A stretch of 64,000 nt of DNA, taken from positions 558,001 to 622,000 of the forward strand of contig QPGO01000012.1 in NCBI GenBank assembly GCA_008632985.1, written 5' to 3'. The translations under genes and the position numbers were made by a program. Position 1 is the stretch's first letter, and each line of letters starts with the position of its first letter. The notes under the pieces were generated by a model. The model ran no database searches. It saw nothing but the letters and a program-made list of their open reading frames with translations, and was not told the DNA's origin. The DNA is from Psammoneis japonica. Taxonomy: Eukaryota. Shown in pieces: positions 35,304 to 48,500 of this stretch.

Positions 35304-38300
35304 GAGTTGGGTGTGCACAGCGCACACGACAATGGCTGGCACATGGACTCAACATGGAAAGTGCCGCCAACTGCGTGCATCCATGGAGCTGCACCCACCA
35401 ACTGTGCCCTCCAACCGCACCCTCCAACCACATCACAATTGCACCCACCAACTGCACCCTCCAGCTGCATCCTCTCCAGCTGTGCCGTCAAACTGTGCCC
35501 TCCAACTGTGCCATCAAACTGCACCCTCCAACTGCACCCTCCTGCTGCACCCACCAACTGCACCCTCCAACTGCAGCACCATCAAACTGCACCCTCCAAC
35601 TGCATCTTGCAGCTGCACCCATCAAACTGCCTGCATCCTCTGACTGCACCATCTAAGTGCACCCGCCAACTGCACCCTCCAGCTGCATCCTCCAGCTGCT
35701 GCACCCTCCAGCTGCATCTTTTAACTGCACCCATTGTGAGCTGCACCCAACAACTGCACCCTCCCACTGCACCCTCCAACTGCACCATCAAACTGCACCC
35801 ACCAACTGCACCCTCCAACTGCATCATTGAACTGCGCCCTCCAACTGCACCCAGCACCAACTGCATCCTCCCACTGCACCATCAAATTGCACCCTCCAAC
35901 TTCATCTTGTGCATGCTCAGAGCAGGTGAACCATTGGCACTGTGGGTCCCAACCCTTGAGCAAATCCAAACTGGCATGACAGGCACACTCCTGATGAGCG
36001 CACAGACCATCACCACGGTGCCATTGCAAGAAATTTGATCAAATGTCACGCTGATGATGGCAATTGTTGCGATGCCATGAAAGTCATCTAAACCTTCATT
36101 TTTGCAAGAACACATTTGACATGTTGTCAATTGGTGTCTGTTTGACAGGCATCCAAATGCGTTCTCCACAGTTTTGATTGTGTGGTGAGTTGTTGACAAA
36201 CACACTGATTCAGTTGTTGCATGCAGAGTCACACGTGCATTCTGGAGACAGCTCATCAAAGTCAGACAGATGATGCCAGGACTGTTCAAGTGGAAGAAGA
36301 ACAATGTGAGAAATTGAGGATTTGGGATGCCAGGAGGAAGTCGATGCCGCCAAACAAAACAACTGACCATGTGTCGAGGATTCAGGAAGCCGGCGTGGCA
36401 GTGATGCCAATGAGGCCAAACAAAACAACTCACTTTGCCTCACAATTTTGGCACATGATGTGCCCCAATCAACAGCCGTGCTGCATGTGTGTGGAACATG
36501 TGATGTGCCATGCTGTCCATTTTGCTTTCTCACAAAGTCAGTTCAGAATTTTGACATGAGGTGTGGGCAGCAAGTTGCAAAACATGGTCTTTGGGTAACA
36601 GCAGTTTGAATGTGCTCCAGAATGAGTGTGTGAGTGATCAGGGCACAGTCTGCTGGCAAAGTGCAAGTCATCTGTGCTGAACAAATCATCTGCAGCCTTC
36701 TCTTTGTTGCAAGCAGCAGGTGCAGCACCCCCTTTTTCATGCTCTGCTGTTGTGAGTGCATGACCCACGGGCTTGAACAAGGAAGAAAAGCACTGCTTGT
36801 CCCCCCCTTCTCATTTTAGATGATCCACAACCCTGAAAATGATGCAAATGAAGTCATTGCCAACCACGCCATGCATGCCTTCTGTTGTCTCAACTGTTTT
36901 CTGTTCCAGATCCTTGCAGTCGCAGATGTTGTGAAGCAAACCAAGGGACAAAAAGATGGAATTTTGCTGACTCAAGAGGGTCCTGTCTTGGACCTTCTTC
37001 AGCAGATCCTCTGTGTCTGGGATTGGAAGACAAAACATGCCCGTGTGTGGTGTTCCCTCTTCTGTGTGTCATTTTCTCAGCATCCAGCCTCGTGCAGATC
37101 TTTGGCCATTTTGTTCATGTGGACCTTGGAGGTGACTGCCTGGGGCTTGCAGGTGGCCAGAAGATGAAGAGCATGGTTTCAACAAAAGGCAAGCAAGTCA
37201 TCTTGTGTGTGCTTGATCATTGCAGGTTTGGTGGCATGTGGTTCATTGCATGCCTTGGGACTTTGGTCATTGCTTCTGTTGTTGGAATTGAGCAAGTGAC
37301 AAATCTTGTTGCTCAACGCCTTGTCCCTCAGCTCTTGGGTGGCAAACAATGGGGCAACAGATGGGTTGCCAGAAACTGAGAGTTTGGCAATTGTGTGGTG
37401 GGCCACATCCTTTGGTTTGAGGGATGGGTTGTCCTGTTTTAGCCTCTCTGTGTGATCCTTAACCAGTGGCAGCAAACCTTGGCAACAAGTGGAAAGCATG
37501 TGGTCAACCCTGCACTGTGATCTTGGAGGATGCAACATTTGCAGTGCTCCTTGCGGGGAAGCATGATCATCTTGGCTTGAAAGGGACAATCTTTGTCAAC
37601 CTTGTAGCTGTGTGTTGTCATGACCAGCTGCAGCAGGTCTTGTCTTCATAGAAGCATGTTGTTGCATTGGTCAGTTTTGGTGTCTGGACCAAGAAAATGT
37701 TTTGCCTTGTTTACAGACTTCATGAGGTCCCTGGGAATGAGGTCCAGGGTTGGAGAGGAATCATGATTTGGACAGGAAGGTGGCTTGGCATTGGCCAGGC
37801 TGTTGGCTGTGTCTGAGAAACACAACTCGGGTGGAATGGCTTCTCTCCCATGAGCAATAGAATCTCTGTCCACAGATTCTCTGTTGTGGACAACAGATGA
37901 TGATTTCTTTTTTAGGGAATCATCAAAAATGCCAGCAAGCAGCTCGTCACCCCTTTGTCTTGAAATGCAGGCTCCAACACAGTGGACGTGCTCAGCAAAT
38001 GCCTTGAACTCTGGAGAAAAATGAAATGATCCTCATTGCTGATCTTCCAAGCCATGACCACAAGAAATGAATCTTGGACAATGCCAGGACCCACGCCTTT
38101 GGCCAGAGCCCGGATGCGGGTTGCGGGAGATGGTGGGTCACTGTTGCTGGGACCAGACATCAAAAGAATGGTTGAAAAGAAAAACGCCATGGCAGCTGTG
38201 CCAACATGTGGTCAGAGAACACAAAGAGCACCCCAGGGTCTCTGAGCTCAGTTGCATGACAAAAAGTTCCCCGCCAAAACCTGAGTCCCACAAGAGCTGT

Positions 38301-39890
38301 GGGTCTTGCGCCAATGCTGCCGATGACAGGCCTCATTTCTGCTCATGGAATGGGCTTCTGTGGACATGAACAAGTTGGCATTTTTGTTGGAGAAAACTTG
38401 GCAAAAGCCTGTTGAACAAAGGTCGCCAATGCTGTGGAAGGAGTGTTGAAATTGGGGGCAGGTTGACTCAAGCATTTTCAAAAACAGGGATGGAACAGCT
38501 CTCTTTCCCCAAATCAGCAACGAAAACAGCCGAGGCATCTTGACGATGATGAGCACGAGAGGAGCCGCATCACAGAACAGGTGAGCAGCAGCACTGGCAT
38601 CAATCAACCAACACAAACAAGAGCTCATCTGCCATTGTGTGCCAGCTTTTGTCACACAGAGCCAAGAGGAGCAGATCGTCTCCTCTGAGGAGGTGCGCCT
38701 CTTGCATCAAGTGCGTTTTCCGCCCGAGGCAGCAGCCAAGGATGGCGATGATGCTGAGACATCTGCAGCGTGACTCTGAAGGTCAAAAGCAATGATGCAC
38801 ATCACAACATCCCCTCAACAATGACTGCATCGCCTCATGCTCCCGCATCACACAGCATGTGCACATGCCGATTCGATGTGACAACAAGGAAAATGCCGTG
38901 CCTGGACACACAAGCTTGATGAGCAAGAATGTTGGAAGGAGGGGTGGCTCATCCATTGTTGAGCCACTGGTGGCTGAGACAGCCACAGGAAGAGCCTTGG
39001 GAGGGTGGCAAGCAACTGGTGGATCAACCAGAGGGATCTGCCGCACAGCCACATGACCCTTCTTCAAACGACCCCGACACCGCCCAACTGCACACAAGGA
39101 GCTGTGAGGCACCTGCCCAGAGAGTCCAAGGAAAGGAAAATGAAGGACCTGGAAGCATGATTTGAAAACAATGAGTGAAGCCACCAAGAGACTGGAGAGA
39201 TGCTTCTTTGGGCTGCTTGGCTCCTGCAGCAACAGGTGGAGCGGCCATGATCTGGGAGAGGCAGAGGGGGTGGAATGTCAAATGATGAGATCCAATGTCA
39301 CCGTTCACAGCACGATCAATCAAGATGCAACAAGATGGCATTTTGTTGACTTTGTGCTGAAAAAATGCTAAAAATTGCACTGGCCCTCATGATGTCTGGT
39401 TGTGTTGAGTCTAATTTTTGAGTGTCTCGACTGGGGTGTCTTTCGGTTATTTGCACGTTGAGTTTTCTTAAATGTTGTGACAGTGACCCACAGGTGCATG
39501 AATGACCACACAGTGACACATGGCACGCAAATCAGCCAAGGGCAGGCATTTGCATGGCTGAATTCTCCACACTCTAAGACATGGACTCCAAATGTGTTGT
39601 GCATTGCGGCTGCTGCAGAGTCTCTTCTTTGCACTCAAATTGGCGGGAGTTAAACGACTGTTCAATGGCTGTGGCAGGACACCCCCACGCAGAACCTGCG
39701 ATCCTTGATTGAGGAAAAATCCCGGGAGACTCTCTAGAGAGCAGCAGACACTGGCTGCTGCTGGCAAGAGCCAGCAGAGAGCAGAGAGAGCAGAGTCCAA
39801 CACTCGAGAGGAGGAGTCGGCGGGCAGACAAGCTGGCTCCGACGCCAGGCAGGCGCGCGCCATCCACAGGCACAGAGCCACGTCACCGAT
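35190..39890. other. TpA/CpG-depleted block C (minisatellite plus unclassified TE relics)
   Basis: Composition; VENAFG..SNR near 36150-36180 (-) resembles a DDE transposase motif. Confidence 0.75.
35388..35900 (+). repeat. Minisatellite, ~13-bp unit AACTGCACCCTCC
   Basis: Dozens of degenerate copies. Confidence 0.9.
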
Positions 39891-39940
39891 AGTCTAATTT
39901 GCCGACGTTCCCCTTTTTCTGTTCCGACCGACTGACTGAC

Positions 39941-40323
39941 TACCGTACAAGTATGGGGACATACCGAATGATTTTAGCCAGTGGCTAAAATTTTGTGTAG
40001 ACACATACCAGGTTTGTACGCTGGTATATTTTCTACACAGAAAATATTTACTATCCATTTTACTGAAACTATAAATGTCATATCTGTAACGGTTTGCTGC
40101 TAACTATAACGCTCGTTAATATAAAATATATAGTTTTTAAGCGTCTAAAAATAAATACAAAAACAAAAAACTACAAATATATAGTATGTATATAAAAGAA
40201 AACAATGGGGTAGCGTTAAAAGGCGTTATCATTAAATATATCGTATACCAGGTGAAATGCGTAGAATTCTACGGGAGGTTTTTAGCCACTGGCTAAATTT
40301 ATTCGGGATGTCCCCATACGGTA
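39941..40323. mobile_element. AT-rich MITE, ~40-bp TIRs, TA-flanked (Tc1/mariner-like)
   Basis: gtatggggacataccgaatgattttagccagtggctaaaa (from 39951) matches the reverse complement of 40280-40319; outer TACCGTA/TACGGTA; no ORF. Confidence 0.8.
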
Positions 40324-40463
40324 ACTGCCGATGCCGATCGACCACGCATCGCATCGACAACGAAAATGCTGTAGGGCCCTAAAGCATCGCGAAGCTGTCT
40401 GTTGTCTGTGACAACATAATTCGGGCGACAACAAGAGAAAGGAAAAAGCAAGGGCAAATCAGA

Positions 40464-42397
40464 ATGTCCATCAGCTCTTTTCTCAAGAAAGGAAAGTTGA
40501 GCGGCAAGAGCGTGTCTCGACAGAAAAACATGTCGCGTTGCAGTGGCTTGCCGGGCATGTACTCTGTCATTGCATTGTTTATGTTCTTTTGCGTTGCCTG
40601 GATTGTTGTGACAACGTTCACTCCAGAACCACACGGACTCCTTTCAGAAAACTGTCCTTGCGAAGGCGTTGATCAATGCATCTGCGCCAGAGAAACTGTG
40701 GCAGCTCTCACAGCGTTTCAGCTGTTCTGCCTGGCTAATTCCAGAGTGGCCGCCTACATGCTCTATCCTCTATACCTCGTCATGTTTCTTTCAATGGCAC
40801 GCAACCTCTGCAGCTATCTTCATCATACGGTTCTTGCCGAGTTTGTTCCCTTTACAAGCACGCATTCTCTGCATTTCTGGGCCGGCACAATGATGGCGTT
40901 GTCATTATGTGGCATGCCCTTTGGCATCTAATCCGTTGGGGTGTTCAAGACAATCTCTCATTTCTCGTTGAACATCAAACGGGAATCACTGGCCTTGTGG
41001 CTGTCATTATAACGCCATTGCTCGTCTGGCCAATGCGCCTGAAAATGTTGCGCAAAACGATTTCCTTTGAAATACGAAAGCGGATACACTATTTGAGCTG
41101 GCTCTGGGTTGCGGCCTTGTGCTTTCACGCCCCAGCACAAAACGTCTTTTGGATTGTTGGGTCTTCTGTCATAATTTATCTGGCAGACTGGTTCTATGGT
41201 CTCTTCCGTTCGACTCATCTGGCTAGATCAGCGCGTTTTGTGAGACTCGAGTCGGCTGTGATGATTCGAATTTTAAAGCCCCAAGGGTTCTCGCTCAGGG
41301 GCTCTGGAGGGTATTGCTACCTTTGTGTCCCCTGGATTTCAAAATACGAATGGCATGCATTTTCTGCGTATATTGATCCAGTGGATTCCAACTACATTTG
41401 TTTCTGTATCACAGTGGCCGGTGACTGGACAAAAAAGCTTCACGACGAGGTCCACGAGCCCATCTATCGCCGACTCTGGATAAATGGTCCATTTGTGTCT
41501 CCTTTTGAAAACGCAGATGTTCAAGACAACACCATTTCGATTGCCAGTGGCATTGGCATCACTCCTGCTCTTAGTGTCATCAAGTCTCTCGCCGACACTC
41601 GCAAGATGCACTTGATTTGGATTTGCCGTGATGCAAGTCTCCTAGAGTTTATGCTTGACTATGGTGCACGGTTTGATGACGATGCCTACACCTTTATCTT
41701 TTACACCGGAAAGCGTGAGCTTGTCTTTCGTCGGGAAGTGCCATACAACGTATTTCTCCTCAAAGGCCGACCCGATCTTGAAAAGATCATCACCACGCTC
41801 ATTCATGCTTCCGAAAACGATGACGGAACTGACGTGCATTGGTACAGAGAGTTGGATGACAATGTCGAAGATATCGAGAGTGCTTCATCCTCAGTGGAGC
41901 ACCAGTTCTACACCGAGATGATTCGGCTTCTCCTGACATATAGTGTCGAGGAATTGTTCAATGCCGCCGTAAGGAGGTCGCACATGAACGAACGAGTTGT
42001 CTGCTTTGATGGGCTCAAGGCCCTCATGAAGGATTTGTTTGTTCGAAAGTTCTCAGATGATCAATTGCTTGTTGTTTTCACTCGGGTTGATGAAGATAAG
42101 ACTGGCACTATCGACTTTGATGAGTTCAAGACCTTCATTGAACAAATGGAAGCGGATGCCAAGAATGCAAGCAAAAGTCGGCGCAACCTTTTGGAAATCC
42201 CTCACTCCGAGATCCGCCGTCAAATCCGAAGAGAGTCAAATCAAAGTGAGGGCAACAGAGTGCAGGATGGTTTCATTCAAGATCCAGACCAATGGCGACT
42301 CATGTACTGTGGAGGAAGCTCCCAAGTTGTGGACATACTTCGAGACATCTCCAAGAGGAAAAAGATCCCTCTCTCTCTTGAGAGTTTTGAATGGTAG
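40464..42397 (+). CDS. Ferric reductase/NADPH oxidase-like flavocytochrome with an internal EF-hand; apparent frameshift ~40890
   Basis: Heme His pairs (HSLH, HALWH, IHY..FH), FAD motif EWHAFS, GDWTKKL, GPF, IASGIGITP, LIWICR, YCG and C-terminal ESF; EF loop DEDKTGTIDFDEF. Confidence 0.85.
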
Positions 42398-42574
42398 CGT
42401 AGGCCACCCCGAATAAGTTCATTTTTTTTCTACGGACGTGTTGTAGCGATGGATCGATAGGAAGCTCACAAGTTGCCTCAAAATCTTTCGAAAAAAGACA
42501 AAAGACGTTACTGTCTCCAGTGTGACACCCAAAATTTTGCCCTACCACCACAGGCTCCCGTGCCATTGAGTTAC

Positions 42575-45500
42575 GCCTGGAACTTATTTTGTTCAGGAAC
42601 AGTCACTGGAGTGTGCATCTGTTCAGGAGAGGAACAGTCACTGGAGTGTGCATCGTGGAGACGCTGGTTGCATTCCCCTCATTTCCAGCAAACTCGTTCT
42701 GGTGTCTAGCCCTGACAGTTGATCATTGTCTCCTTCAGTTCGTCCATGACATGATGCAACAGCAGCATCTGTTTGACACGTGCAATGAGAAACCCACCAT
42801 GTTTTGCCAAAATGCATTGTTTCCAGCCAACATCACACCAGTGCAAAGTTCCCGACAACTTTTGGGGTCACAAATGGAGGGCCGCCTCAGTCACAGAGCC
42901 ATCACTAAAACTAAAGCTTGACTCTTGCAATTGTCCGTGCAACAAGAAAGGTGCCCCACAAAAAGTTGGCTTTGTTTTGAAGCCCCCCTGCACACCACAA
43001 ACTCCCACTGCACTCTTGCAAGACATTGTTGCAAAGAGCAGGAAAAGGATGATGCTCACATCTTGTGCATTGTGTGGCTCTGGCAGTGAGGGTCAAAGTC
43101 TGGCCAATGCTTCAAAAACATGATTTGAGTCCATCAGATTATGCGAGGGCCGCCCACAGCACAGCTGGTGCCTCGGCATTTGACTGGAGGGGAGCCAACC
43201 CCCTTTTCTCAATGCCAAGACAGACCACAACATCAAGGCAAAGCCCCAATCTATTTCATTTTGCCTCTTCAATGCAATGGCAGGCTGAGCAATCAACAGA
43301 AACCAAGCAACTCATCACAACCAAGAACTTCCCCCCCCTCCCCACTTTCAGATTTGACACCTCTGTGGAGTGGCCAAGAACATGGACAAGTTGATGGCAG
43401 AGCTGAGTGGAGCTGTCCTGGGTGTTTCTGTGGAGTGGCCCAAAATGATGTCAGACACTGGCTGCTTGCACGCCTCTTGGAGGCAAGCTGACAAGGGCTC
43501 CCTGCATGACATTCACCCAAAGACAATTTCCATGAATGAAGTTTTGAGAAGCATGGAGCACTGTTCTGGGGAGAGTGCCATGTCTGTTGCAAAGATGTCC
43601 TTGGGAGTGCAAGGTCAAGAGTGCATTTACAAGCTCTGCTGCATGGGAGACAATGTTGGCTGCCACATTTTGTCGGGGATCTGCAGCAACAATTGCCGCA
43701 AGGAGCAGCTGCTGGCAATTTCATCATCATCACACCAAAAAGCAGTCAGATCAATTGTTTGTGTGATGTTTCCAAATTGCTTGGCGCTGTTGTGTTTGCA
43801 CACAGCATTGCAGCTTCATCATTGCCTCGTTTGTGGTGTTTCTGGCAAAGTTGCTTCAAAATGGAAAAGCTGCACAAAACTGGAAAACCACCACTCTCCC
43901 AACATTTCCCACAGATTCCTGGGGGCACTGCACAAAATCAAAACAATTTTATTTTTCATTGCAAAGAGTTGGGTTTCACCAGAGACTGTTTTTTTTTTTT
44001 TTACAGCAAGAGTGGATGCTGCATCTCTCGAACCAGGGCTGGCTCCACAACAAGAAAATGTCTCCAACTGTTTTGTCTTTTGAATGACAAAACAATTGAT
44101 CACTGTCTTGGGGAAAAGTGCAAATAATTGCAAAACACCACCCTTTTGAGCTGCACAAGTTGCTGAAGAAAAAGATGCAATTGTGCAGAGAACCAGACTG
44201 GCTTTGTCTTTGATGTGCTGCTCTGATGGCAAAATGTGCAGGGCACTTCAATGCATGATGCATTTGCTGCCTTGTCCTTGAGTTGTGTGCTGCTTCAGAC
44301 CCAACAATGTTGATGAGATTGCTTTTCCATCTCACTCAAAACAACATCCAGATGACATGGTGCTGACAACACACATCAAGACATGCTCTTCCACCCTTTC
44401 AAGAGGAGGGGCTGAAGCCAACAAATGCCCATTGGAGTTTGGCATGTCACAATTCTGTTGTTGCAAAAATCAACAACATTTGGTTGACAATGCCGCAGTT
44501 TTGTGAGGTGAGCAAGATGCTCCCCTTGTCTTAAATTCCTTCATTTTGCTTTTTTTTGTGCTGTTGGCAAATCTCAGCTTGCACACTTCCTTGCAGGACA
44601 TCAAATGTCACCCAATCATTTTGCACTCTTCCAACTTTATGTGAAGCACTCACATTTGAAACTTGTGTGAACTTGAGTTGTTGTTTTTGTGCTCTTGTGT
44701 GCAAGTGGGGTTGTTGACTCTCTGTTCTTGGCAACAACAACACATGTGTCAATTCAACAATTTTGACCAATCTTGCAGTGGTCATTGTTCTTTCTGTGCT
44801 GTCAGAAACACCAAATGTGTCTTGCACACAATCATTTTGATCTTCAATCTGCATGTTGAACAAATTGACAGAAATTGAAGAGAAAATGGGTGGAAGAAAA
44901 CAACAACTCCTCACTGCTGTTTAAATGGCAGATGAGTCTCCATGAAGAGACCATTGCAGGAGCTGAAAGACTGGTGTCATGATGTTCTTGGTGCTGCTGT
45001 CATCATTCTTGTGAGCCAAGTGGCTTGAAAGCAAACTGCATCATGCATCACGCACAGAACCAAGAGCACACACAATTGTGCACAACAAACTGAAATCTTG
45101 TTCAAATCCTGTCACTCTCCAGTTTGTTTGAGGAGTCCACAGCAACAGATTCAAAGTCTCATTGACTGGAGGCCTTGGGATTGAAGTTCCAAAACATGAG
45201 GAGATGGAGAAGATTCCAAACCTGGGAGCAAACCCAGTGTTTGCTGAGTGTCGCATCTTGGACAAGCATCCACAGACACATTGGGCATGGTCTAGATGGC
45301 CTTGATGGGGTGCTGCATAAAAGCTGAAGAGAGACATGACAGTCGCAGTGATGTCAATGTGACCAAGCAACACAGCCCATTGCAGAGAACCAACTGGGGA
45401 CTGAAATTGATGGATGCCATTGGGTTCCAGCAGTTTGGAGGTGTTGAGCTTGGGGTGGTCTCCCTTTTCAAGAGGGGGCAGCACGCCAGTGCAAGGCTTC

Positions 45501-48500
45501 TCCCCAAAAAGGCATGTGTGATTCTCAACCATGCATTCAATTTACTTGTGAGGAGCAAGGCACAGTGTGCCATCAGAGTCACCAGAGAAGTCACACCCAA
45601 GGTGAAATTCCAGTGGTCCAGTTCCCTTGAGCTTGAGCTTGTGTTTCTCCATGAGAGTGCCAACAAAAGCCTGGGGATCTTTCACAGCAAAGGCCAGATC
45701 ATCTGCACACACTGCCACACATTTGCAGTGTTTGCCATTCCAATGTAACCAGATGTTGGGTCTGGAGCACACGGGAAGAATCCCTCAGCTTGCAGACAGT
45801 TGGTGAAATGCTTGTGCCACCTGAGACCGGAGCTGCCAAGACCATGCAGGTCCTTGTGGATGACAAGGATTTGTCCTTCCAAATCTCCAAATTTGGGACC
45901 TGCAATGATGCACAGCTTCTCCTTGGTCATGACTTTGAGGCAGGCATTGCCAACGTTGGTTGCCCATGTCTCCAGCTCATTGAGTTCAGCTGGCTGGGAA
46001 AATCATCAGTTGGAGGCCACGGAGGGACACTGCACCAGAATGGATGCTGTTGATGGGCATGTTGGTGAGTGGTCTGTCTCAACAAGTCATGCTTTGTGCC
46101 TGCCATCATGTTTGACATTGTAGACTGGGTGCACGTGAATCTTCTTGTGTCCTGCTGGGGCACTGGAGTCCTTGCAGTGCCCACAATCTGAAATCATGGA
46201 AGACTTCATGCTTGCCCAGCTGAGTCATCTTGAGATCCATTGCTTCTCCCCACTTGGGGTTGCCATTGCACTTGTCAAGGGCTGGGGTGTGCTTGCAGTC
46301 CCAAGGTGCTTCACATCCGCACTTGCAGCATGGCGCAGTGCAAAATGAGTGGAGCTTGGCTTGATTGGCCATGCGGAATGGCTTCTTCTTGTGCCGAGCT
46401 GTTGGACAAAAGCACCTCCATCCATCAATTTTGAGCAGGCTGTGCTCATGTGCATAAATGGCACAGGTGACAAAATCATCCTTGGCAACAATGGCAAGGG
46501 GTTCAGATGTGATCTCCTCACTTTCCCATTCAAGAAGCATGGCGTTGTAGCTTGAGCCTTTCCAAGAGGGGTCATGAGGTCTCAACAGTCCTTTGTGTGA
46601 GACAATGCACCAGAATTTCCAGATGGTGGTGTCCTCATCTTCGTGCTCCATGTGATGAACAATGTTGTTGCAGGCAAGGATTTCCTTGCATTCATTTCAC
46701 AGCATTGATGATGCAGGCTCTACAGTGCTGTCCATCCTGTTGTGGCTTCATGAGGAAGGCACATCCAATGATGTCATCAGGGTCAAAGACTGGCATCTTG
46801 AGCATCCTGATCTCGTTCTCATCTGATGAATCCAGAGAATCCTTGGAGTCATGGTGGGATTTGATGATGGGTGTGCAGCAGACTTCCCATCAGGAGGATT
46901 TGGTGGCCCATATGTTCAGCAATGCCAACAAATCAACCGTGTGACTCACAGGATTCTGATGGCTGGTCAGAATTGTCCAGATGGCTGTGCACAGGTTCCC
47001 ACCATTGGAAATGGAGGAGGGGACTGATGTTGGGAGTGGATCCAGACAGCACTTTGGTGGGAGTGTGCCAGCAGAGCTTGGCAGACACCGTGTGATTGAG
47101 CACAAAACACATGCACATGAGAGCAAGGAGCCAGGTGCAGGCTGGGGAGCCAAAGCAGTCCATGATGGTGTTGGCCATGTTCTTCACAGTTTGGTGGCAG
47201 CATTCAGCAAAGTTCTGGTGCTGTTGATGGGTCTTGCTTTGCCAGCTGGAGATGAAAAGGGCACGGAGGATGCCAAGAACCTTGTTGCTTGACTCAACTT
47301 GAGCAAGATCACTGATTGGCTCAGACAGAGCACTGCAGTTGCAAATGTTGTCTTTGAGTGCAATGACAAATGCCTTGTCCATCTTGGTGACACATCCAGA
47401 GTTGATGGCGGGAGTGTTGGAGCACACTGTGTCAGTGGCAACAGGTTCATTCCATTGGTGGACATTGAGGGCTGGGTTGGGTGACTTGCATGCCTTTTTG
47501 AGGTGTGTGCTGGCAGGCATGCAGGCACATTGGGTCATAAAATCAAAGGTGCGGCAGACAGTGTCCTTTGGGAGGAAGCCAAAACAGGGGTGCAGCAGGG
47601 ACTCACAGTTGGGATCCCAAGGTTTGATGGTCATTGAGGATGGAGTCTGCAAGCATGGCATCATTCACAACATGGCGGTGGCAACAGTTGCCAAACTTGT
47701 CAAACAACAGGTTGGTGGCAGGATCATCTTGGAGGTCAGAGATGGCATTACACCATTTCTTGTTGTCAGTGGACTGGCGGTCAAGCACAGATGGGTCCCA
47801 GGTGTCATTGCCAGTGAGGACAACATGAGGCAGATTGTCCCATTTGGAGTTGGTGTGCAGGCACATGGCAATGTGTGGCAAGCCACCTTTGATGTTGATG
47901 GGAATGACACAGCCATCAATGGTGATGATGTGCTGCAAACTGTTGGGAACCTTGACTGAACAGTCATTGACACTGTGCTTGTGCTGCAAGAATGGATGGT
48001 CTTGCCTTTTCCAGTGCAGGCCCACTGGTGAAGGATGGCAATGGTGGGTCTGCATTGTGCGTGGATGACACCACCGGCAGTGAGGACAGGAATGACAACA
48101 AGCTGGTGGTTGTCAATGCCTTGCACATCAACCTGCTGATCAGTGTGCACAATGACACAAGCACCATTGCCAGCGATTCTGCCATTGTCACCACAATCTG
48201 CTAGAGCACCCGCGGGGGAGTCAAGTTGTGGGTCAACGCAGAGCAGACAATGTTGTCATCATTGACATGGCAATGAGTGTGTCCATTGATCTCAATGTCA
48301 GTGGCAGAGCCAGGTGAGGACTTTGAGCCAGGAGGGGGGTTCTCACCAGAGCAGGCCAATGGGGGCTTGTCAAGTGAAAGAAGACATTGTAGATTGCCGG
48401 GTGGCAGAGGCTTGCACTTTGTAAGGTGTGCCAGGATGGGGTTGTCATCCATCATGGTGTTGGCAGGGTTGGGTGGTGCGGGAGCCAATGCCAGGTCATG

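Noticed and set aside
35307..36038. Pro/Thr/Cys-rich 'mucin-like' ORF
   Set aside because: Translation of a 13-bp minisatellite that is open in several frames.
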